64,000 bases of DNA, from the NCBI GenBank assembly GCA_016190215.1, contig JACPRA010000020.1:12868-76867 (forward strand). Direction: 5' to 3'. The stretch comes from Candidatus Omnitrophota bacterium (GTDB lineage Bacteria > Omnitrophota > Gorgyraeia > Aquiviventales > Aquiviventaceae). Position 1 is the stretch's first letter. The number at the start of each line of letters is the position of its first letter. The translations under genes and the position numbers were made by a program. Shown one piece after another: positions 58,883 through 64,000 of the stretch. Under the pieces are notes generated by a model that saw nothing but the letters and a program-made list of their open reading frames with translations, made no database searches and had not been told where the DNA came from.

Positions 58883-59122
58883 TCATTTAATTTCAATCCG
58901 GTACATTTCCACGATGGGATTGGCGAGCAGCTTCTGGCACATCCGCTCGACCTCTTTCTTGGCCGCGGCCTTGCTGCCGCCTTGCAGTTCGATCTCGATC
59001 AATTTGCCCATGCGCACGCGCTTGACCCCCTTGAAGCCGAGCGATTCCAGCGCCTGGTGGATGGTGGTGCCCTGCGGATCGAGGATGCTGGGCTTAAGCG
59101 TGACCGACACTCGAGCGATCAT
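58883..59122 (-). CDS. purS: Phosphoribosylformylglycinamidine synthase subunit PurS
   Basis: 79 aa. VTLKPSILDPQGTTIHQAL is the PurS fold pattern. Confidence 0.85.
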   Translation of the reverse strand: MIARVSVTLKPSILDPQGTTIHQALESLGFKGVKRVRMGKLIEIELQGGSKAAAKKEVERMCQKLLANPIVEMYRIEIK

Positions 59123-59174
59123 GGTTCGACTCCTTGCTCACCATGATCCTGAGCACGTGCAACACGTCGAAGGA

Positions 59175-59894
59175 TCATACCCCCTCCCCCAGCACGCGCG
59201 TGAGCATTTCCTGATACGCGGCTTCCACGTCGCCGAGGTCGCGGCGGAACCGGTCTTTGTCCAGCTTCTTCTTCGTGCCCTGCTCCCAGAAGCGGCAGGT
59301 GTCCGGCGAAATCTCGTCGCCCAGCAGGATGGTCCCGCGATGCCGGCCGAACTCCAGCTTGAAGTCCACCAGGTCGATCCCGCGCGCGGCGAAATAGGCC
59401 TTCAGCTCGTCGTTGACCCGCGCTGACAGCGCGCGGATGGTCTGCAGCTCCTCCGGGGTGGCCAGCTTCAGGGCGAGAATATGGTCGTCGTTGATGAGCG
59501 GGTCGCCCAGCGGATCGCTTTTGTAGTGCCATTCAAAGACCGGCGGATTCAAGACGATCCCTTCCTCGATGCCGAGCATCCGGCTCATACCGCCGGCGGT
59601 GAGGTTGCGCATGGTCACCTCCAGCGGGATGATCTCCAGGCGCTTGACCAGCATCTCGCGGTCGCTCAATTGCTTGATGAAATGGGTCGGCACGCCGCGC
59701 TGCGCAAGCCACTCGAACAGGCGCGAGGCGATGCGGTTGTTGCACACCCCTTTGCCGATGATCGTGCCGCGCTTCTGCGCGTTGAACGCGGTGGCGTCGT
59801 CTTTGAAATATTGGATCACCTGGTGGGGATCCTCCGTCGCGTACAGGATCTTGGCTTTCCCTTCGTAGAGCTTCTCTCCTCGCGTCGTCACCAT
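59175..59894 (-). CDS. purC: SAICAR synthetase
   Basis: LYEGKAKILYATEDP ... is the PurC pattern. The start is placed at MVTTRGEK. Confidence 0.85.
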   Translation of the reverse strand: MVTTRGEKLYEGKAKILYATEDPHQVIQYFKDDATAFNAQKRGTIIGKGVCNNRIASRLFEWLAQRGVPTHFIKQLSDREMLVKRLEIIPLEVTMRNLTAGGMSRMLGIEEGIVLNPPVFEWHYKSDPLGDPLINDDHILALKLATPEELQTIRALSARVNDELKAYFAARGIDLVDFKLEFGRHRGTILLGDEISPDTCRFWEQGTKKKLDKDRFRRDLGDVEAAYQEMLTRVLGEGV

Positions 59895-59911
59895 GCAGGC
59901 GCCATCCTTGT

Positions 59912-60361
59912 TCACTCGTCCACAGCCGGATCGGGCGGCAGCTCGCGCGGCGGCAGCGCCGGCGGTTTCGGAACGTTCAGCTCCGGGGTCGGCGCGAGCT
60001 GATAGGACAACACCCGGTTGTCCCGCACCTGAAACGGCACCACTTCCATCACCAGGTCGAAGGGAATCCACATGTAGGGCGGCGCCTTGAGCAGGGTGAG
60101 ATCGTCCGTCCGCTCATAGCCGTCCTTGACGAGGGCGATGCGGTGCCAGCCGTACCATTCAAAATCGTAGGTATAGGGGGTGACCCCTTGCATCTTGTGG
60201 TCATTGACGAAAATGACCGCACCCGGCGGGTTGGATTTGATCGTCAGGCTGCGGTGCAGGCAACCCGTGATCAGCAGACAGCAGACAGCACACAGCACAC
60301 AGATAAAGCGGTTGATCGGTTGGTCTTCCTGTCCGCTGTATGCTGTCTGCTGTGTGCTCAT
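59912..60361 (-). CDS. PEGA-domain lipoprotein
   Basis: Has a lipobox LITGC. PGAVIFVNDHKMQGVTPY...RIALVKDGYE is a PEGA-like domain. The first 35 codons (MSTQQTAYSGQ...FICVLCAVCCLLITGC) are encoded by a complete family-1 palindrome. The start overlaps the purB stop. Confidence 0.6.
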   Translation of the reverse strand: MSTQQTAYSGQEDQPINRFICVLCAVCCLLITGCLHRSLTIKSNPPGAVIFVNDHKMQGVTPYTYDFEWYGWHRIALVKDGYERTDDLTLLKAPPYMWIPFDLVMEVVPFQVRDNRVLSYQLAPTPELNVPKPPALPPRELPPDPAVDE

Positions 60362-60362
60362 G
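60268..60362. repeat. Family-1 palindromic heptamer element, full hairpin, entirely coding
   Basis: cagcagacagcagacagcacacagcacacag, then a loop, then ctgtccgctgtatgctgtctgctgtgtgct. Confidence 0.85.
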
Positions 60363-61653
60363 AAAGTCCTACCCGCTTGAAGATCTCGTCCACATGGCGC
60401 AAGGCGGCGGCCGGGTCCAGGCAGCGCGCGATCTGCGTCGGGGTCAGGTGCCGGCGGATGCGGGCATCCTTCAGGAGCGCCTCCTGGAAATTCGTGCCGG
60501 TGCGCCAGACCTGCAGCGCCACCCCCTGCACCAGCTCATACGCGGCCGTGCGCGACAGCCCCCGGCCCATCAGGGCCAGGAGCACCTGGCCGGAAAATAC
60601 CACCCCGTGAGTGAGGTTGATGTTCGCGCGCATCCGGTCTGCGTGCACCACCAGCCCCTCGAGCACCCAGGTCATGGTCTGCAGCATGTAGTCCATGAGG
60701 ATGCTCGCGTCGGCCAGCATCACCCGCTCCGTCGAGGAGTGGGTGATGTCCCGCTCGTGCCAGAGGCAGATGTTTTCCAGGGCGGTCACGCTGTAGCCGC
60801 GCAGCAATCGGGAGAGGCCCGCGATGCGCTCGCAGGTGATAGGGTTTTTCTTGTGCGGCATGGCGGAGGAGCCTTTCTGTCCCGTACCGAAGGGCTCCTC
60901 CAGCTCGCGCACTTCGGTACGCTGCAGGTTGCGGATCTCGGTCGCGAGCTGCTCGAGGGTGCCGCCGATGAGGGCCAGCGTCGTGACGTAGCTGGCGTGG
61001 ATGTCCCGCTGCACGATCTGGGTGGAGATGGGTGCGGGACGCAGCCCCAGGCGGCGGCAGACGTGGCGCTCCACCGCCGGGTCCACGTTGGCGAACGTGC
61101 CGACCGCGCCGGAGATCTTGCCGACGCTGACCTCGCGCTGCACCGCCTCCAGGCGGGTGCGGTGGCGGGTAAACTCGTCGTAAAACATCGCCAGCTTCAA
61201 CCCGAAGGTGGTCGGCTCGGCGTGCACGCCGTGGGTGCGGCCCATGGCCAGCGTGCGCTTGTGCCTCCGGGCCTGCGAGGCCAGCACCTGCATGAGCCGC
61301 CGCAAGTCCTGCTGCAGCAGCCCGGCGGAGTCGCGCAACACCACGCCCAACGAGGTGTCGAGCACGTCGCTGGAGGTCAACCCGAAGTGGAGGTAGCGCC
61401 CATAGGGGCCGACCCGCTCTTCCAAGTGCTCGATGAAGGCGATGACATCGTGGCGGGTGGCGGCCTCGCGCTGCTGCACGCGGGCGACGTCCACGCGCAC
61501 TTTCTTACGGATCTCCCGGAGGGCCTTGGCCGGCACCAGGCCCAGCGTGACTTGGGCCTCCAGCACCAGCAGCTCGACGTCGAGCATGACCTGGAGCCGA
61601 TGCGCATCGCTCCAGAGGCGGCCCATCTCCGGCAGGGTATAGCGGGGAATCAT
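60358..61653 (-). CDS. purB: Adenylosuccinate lyase
   Basis: MIPRYTLPEMGRLWSD is the PurB N-terminus. 431 aa. Confidence 0.9.
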   Translation of the reverse strand: MIPRYTLPEMGRLWSDAHRLQVMLDVELLVLEAQVTLGLVPAKALREIRKKVRVDVARVQQREAATRHDVIAFIEHLEERVGPYGRYLHFGLTSSDVLDTSLGVVLRDSAGLLQQDLRRLMQVLASQARRHKRTLAMGRTHGVHAEPTTFGLKLAMFYDEFTRHRTRLEAVQREVSVGKISGAVGTFANVDPAVERHVCRRLGLRPAPISTQIVQRDIHASYVTTLALIGGTLEQLATEIRNLQRTEVRELEEPFGTGQKGSSAMPHKKNPITCERIAGLSRLLRGYSVTALENICLWHERDITHSSTERVMLADASILMDYMLQTMTWVLEGLVVHADRMRANINLTHGVVFSGQVLLALMGRGLSRTAAYELVQGVALQVWRTGTNFQEALLKDARIRRHLTPTQIARCLDPAAALRHVDEIFKRVGLS

Positions 61654-61675
61654 ACGGCTTCCCCGAAGAAGTACG

Positions 61676-61712
61676 AGGTGACAGGTGACAGGTGACAGGT
61701 GACAGGAGGAAC
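61676..61712. repeat. Family-2 GTGACAG tandem (4 units) in the purB 5' leader
   Basis: gaggtgacaggtgacaggtgacaggtgacaggagg. Confidence 0.8.
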
Positions 61713-61876
61713 AACGAATACAAGGACGGGGTGAGGCGTCAACCCCGGCCGAAGACGCCTGGCGCTATCTCTTGAAGGAGTGTCGCACACAGTCGGTCAC
61801 GGTTCGTTGCGGTTTGCAAGGCAGGTGTGACGTCGAACGACGAACATATGTATGCTAACACAGTCCCCGCATACTG

Positions 61877-62539
61877 TCAAAACCCCGGCCCGGCGGGCGC
61901 CGCATCGCTGGGACGGGTGCGAGCACGCTGCACCAGGTACCCGGACGGCGTCACCGCCACCTCAACCGGGACCGCCGGGTTGACATAGGCAAACGCTGTG
62001 CTGCCATACACCGCGTCCACGAACGGCAGGTAGGGATCCAGTTGGTAGAACCACCACCATACCAGGCCGGGTTCCGGCCCGATGGCGACCGCGCTGGGCG
62101 GCAGCGCGGCTTCCTCCGACGCGGTGGCATACCGGCCGCTCAGCCGGGTGGGCCGGTGGTAGCTGGGCAGCCCCAAGGCCGTCAGCCAGGGGTGCCATTT
62201 CACGACCCCGCCGCTGATCGCCCATTGGTCGCCGCGCAGCGGGACGATCAGCGGTTGGCCCGGCGCGTCCGGTGTGACCGGCACCCAGGTCAGCTCAAAC
62301 GCCTTCGGCCCGGTCCAGCGGCAGCGCACCTGGGCAATGACCGTGGAGGTGGAAAACGCCTCAAACGACCGCAGCGCCAGGCCCAGGCCCAGCGAGAGCC
62401 CGCCCACGCCCATCAGCAGCATGCCCAGCAGCATCCCGCGCAGCTTGGCCAGGAGGGGCCGACGCCACGCCGTCATCCACGCCAGCGCGCCGATGAGCAG
62501 CAGCCCCCATCCCAGCACGGTGAACCATCCCGTCAGCAT
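61877..62539 (-). CDS. Hypothetical membrane protein
   Basis: Two N-terminal TM helices (LLLIGALAWMTAW, LLGMLLMGVGGLSLGLGLAL). No recognisable family. Confidence 0.4.
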   Translation of the reverse strand: MLTGWFTVLGWGLLLIGALAWMTAWRRPLLAKLRGMLLGMLLMGVGGLSLGLGLALRSFEAFSTSTVIAQVRCRWTGPKAFELTWVPVTPDAPGQPLIVPLRGDQWAISGGVVKWHPWLTALGLPSYHRPTRLSGRYATASEEAALPPSAVAIGPEPGLVWWWFYQLDPYLPFVDAVYGSTAFAYVNPAVPVEVAVTPSGYLVQRARTRPSDAAPAGPGF

Positions 62540-62593
62540 CGCAGACCTTTCTCCTTGCTGGGCGTTGAAGCCCTATGCTAGACTACGGGCGAC

Positions 62594-63415
62594 ATGCGCG
62601 ACTTCTTGACGCTGTCAGCGGATGTGCCCGTCGAGGAACTGGTTCACGTGCAGGAGGAACCGGCCCTCGAAATCGCCCTCCCCCAGGTCTTCACGCAGCC
62701 TGACCTCGGCGCCCTGCGCCGGGGCAAGCTGCCGCACGCCGAATGGCTGGTCGCTCAATTGTACCAAACCCACGCCGCCGCGCTGCATTCCGGCGAGGCC
62801 ATCCCCGGCGGGCTGGGGCCGGCCTATCAAGAGCTGGTCCAGGAGTTTCAGCCGTTATTTACCTGGGGGATCGCGTGCTGGGACTTCTTGCTCTCCACCG
62901 AGGGCTGCCGGTTCGTTCCCAGGACCAGCGACGAGCGCCGCAGCGCCCGCGGAGATTACCGGGCGTTCACCGACCGGGACCATTCCCGGCTGCTCCACCG
63001 AATCTTCCGCCAAGAGGTGTTCGCCTTTGCGCATGACCCGGCTGAATCCTCGCTGGCCGGGTACCTGCGCGCCCGGTTCTGGCCTGAGGTGGTGGCCGCC
63101 TACAACAAGTTGAGCGATCCGCCGAATCCGCTTGAACGCAAGCTCAGTGCGTACAGCTACTTACGATGTATTCCCTATCAATTCCTCAACAGCGTCCACC
63201 AGACCCTGGTCGCCGATGCGCTCTCGACTCTGCCCCGGCAAGAACGCGCCACCGTGGAAGGGTATTTTCTGCGGTTCCAGACCATTTCCGGCACGGCGCA
63301 ACTCATGAGTTTCTCTGAAGAGGCCGTGGAAACCCTGCTGCAGCGCTCCTTAGTCACTCTGCTCACCCGCGACCGGCTGGTCTACTGCCTGCTCCGTCAG
63401 ATAGAGCGGTACTAA
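62594..63415 (+). CDS. Hypothetical protein
   Basis: 273-aa ORF in a clean frame with coding-like composition. No recognisable motif. Confidence 0.35.
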   Translation: MRDFLTLSADVPVEELVHVQEEPALEIALPQVFTQPDLGALRRGKLPHAEWLVAQLYQTHAAALHSGEAIPGGLGPAYQELVQEFQPLFTWGIACWDFLLSTEGCRFVPRTSDERRSARGDYRAFTDRDHSRLLHRIFRQEVFAFAHDPAESSLAGYLRARFWPEVVAAYNKLSDPPNPLERKLSAYSYLRCIPYQFLNSVHQTLVADALSTLPRQERATVEGYFLRFQTISGTAQLMSFSEEAVETLLQRSLVTLLTRDRLVYCLLRQIERY

Positions 63416-63527
63416 CCCGCCCCCAGCCCCGCGGCGCTTTTCCTTTGACAACCCCTCCCGCACCCGATATTCTAGAGGGGCGCGTGTTCTCCAGCGCACA
63501 CACCAAAAGCCCCACAAAAGGAGGCTG

Positions 63528-64000
63528 ATGTCCACCACCCTTGCTAACCCTGAACTCCAAGCGGTTGAACAGGACCTGGACCGCCAAGCGGCCGCAGGAC
63601 TGATCAAGCCGCGCCTGAAAATTAAATGGGACATCGCCGTGGGGATCGCGATCATCCACCTGGGCGCCCTCCTGGCTCTGTCGCCATCCATGTTCACCTG
63701 GAAAGCGTTTTGGACGTTTTTCGTGCTCCAATGGCTCACCGGCGGGGTCGGCATTACCTTGGCGTTCCACCGCCTGCTGACCCACCGAAGTTTCCGAGTG
63801 CCCAAGTGGCTGGAATATGCCGTCACCTTCCTGGGCTCGCTGGCCTTACAGGGCGGGCCGTTGAAGTGGGTGGCCACACACCGGGTGCATCACGCCTTTT
63901 CCGACCGGCCGGAGGACCCGCACAGCCCCACCCGCGGGTTCTGGTGGGCCCACGTCCTCTGGCTCTTCGCCTACGACGACGTGCTGGACCATCCCGTCAA
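63528..64000 (+). CDS. Acyl-CoA/acyl-lipid delta-9 fatty-acid desaturase (3' end outside window)
   Basis: AGGAGG RBS before the ATG. Has the histidine boxes HRLLTHRSF and HRVHHAFSD and is TM-rich. Confidence 0.8.
   Translation, partial: MSTTLANPELQAVEQDLDRQAAAGLIKPRLKIKWDIAVGIAIIHLGALLALSPSMFTWKAFWTFFVLQWLTGGVGITLAFHRLLTHRSFRVPKWLEYAVTFLGSLALQGGPLKWVATHRVHHAFSDRPEDPHSPTRGFWWAHVLWLFAYDDVLDHPV

Noticed and set aside
60394-61695. 433-aa plus-strand ORF
   Set aside because: Antisense to purB.
61654-61876. Possible ZTP/purine riboswitch in the purB leader
   Set aside because: I compared both strands with the ZTP consensus as I remember it and found no convincing match. The region is dominated by the GTGACAG tandem.

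Overview
This is a high-GC (roughly 65%) window from a diderm bacterium. It carries BamA, Skp and lipid A genes. About 67 protein genes are mostly on the minus strand and mostly housekeeping. They include tldD/pmbA, ispH, cca, glpD/glpK, a lipid A/outer-membrane cluster (lpxL, lpxI, lpxA, fused lpxC-fabZ, skp, bamA), dnaB, a ribosomal cluster (rplI-rpsR-ssb-rpsF-pth-rplY-prs-glmU), tRNA-Gln, ispE, split transketolase, hisG, nrdR-glyA-rpiB, and a long purine operon (purE, purD, purM, purF, purL, purQ, purS, purC, purB). Two things stand out. (1) A family of four secreted paralogues sits in two tandem pairs at 12576-15408 and 39042-42158. All four share a near-identical N-terminal module, at the nucleotide level too, of signal peptide plus EDLTLTTYYPSPRGVY-(K/Q)-x-LR. 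This is fused to unrelated C-terminal cargo: Cys/Asp-rich metal-binding-like repeats in one pair, and a tail-fibre-like motif plus Gly-rich domain in the other. One pair is translationally coupled (ATGA overlaps) to a eukaryote-like Ste24 (M48 CAAX protease) and ICMT-type methyltransferase pair. The other pair brackets a RelE/Phd toxin-antitoxin module and abuts ispE. (2) Several families of heptamer-based palindromic repeats (GTGACAG; ACAGCAC/GCTGTGT; GATGATG; CGTCGCT) are not confined to intergenic DNA. They repeatedly supply the coding sequence of signal peptides (PHP protein, two lipoproteins, Skp, a C45 peptidase) and of a C-terminus (ceramidase). Two copies are inserted in-frame inside the essential purL gene. 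No rRNA, CRISPR array or recognisable transposase was found.
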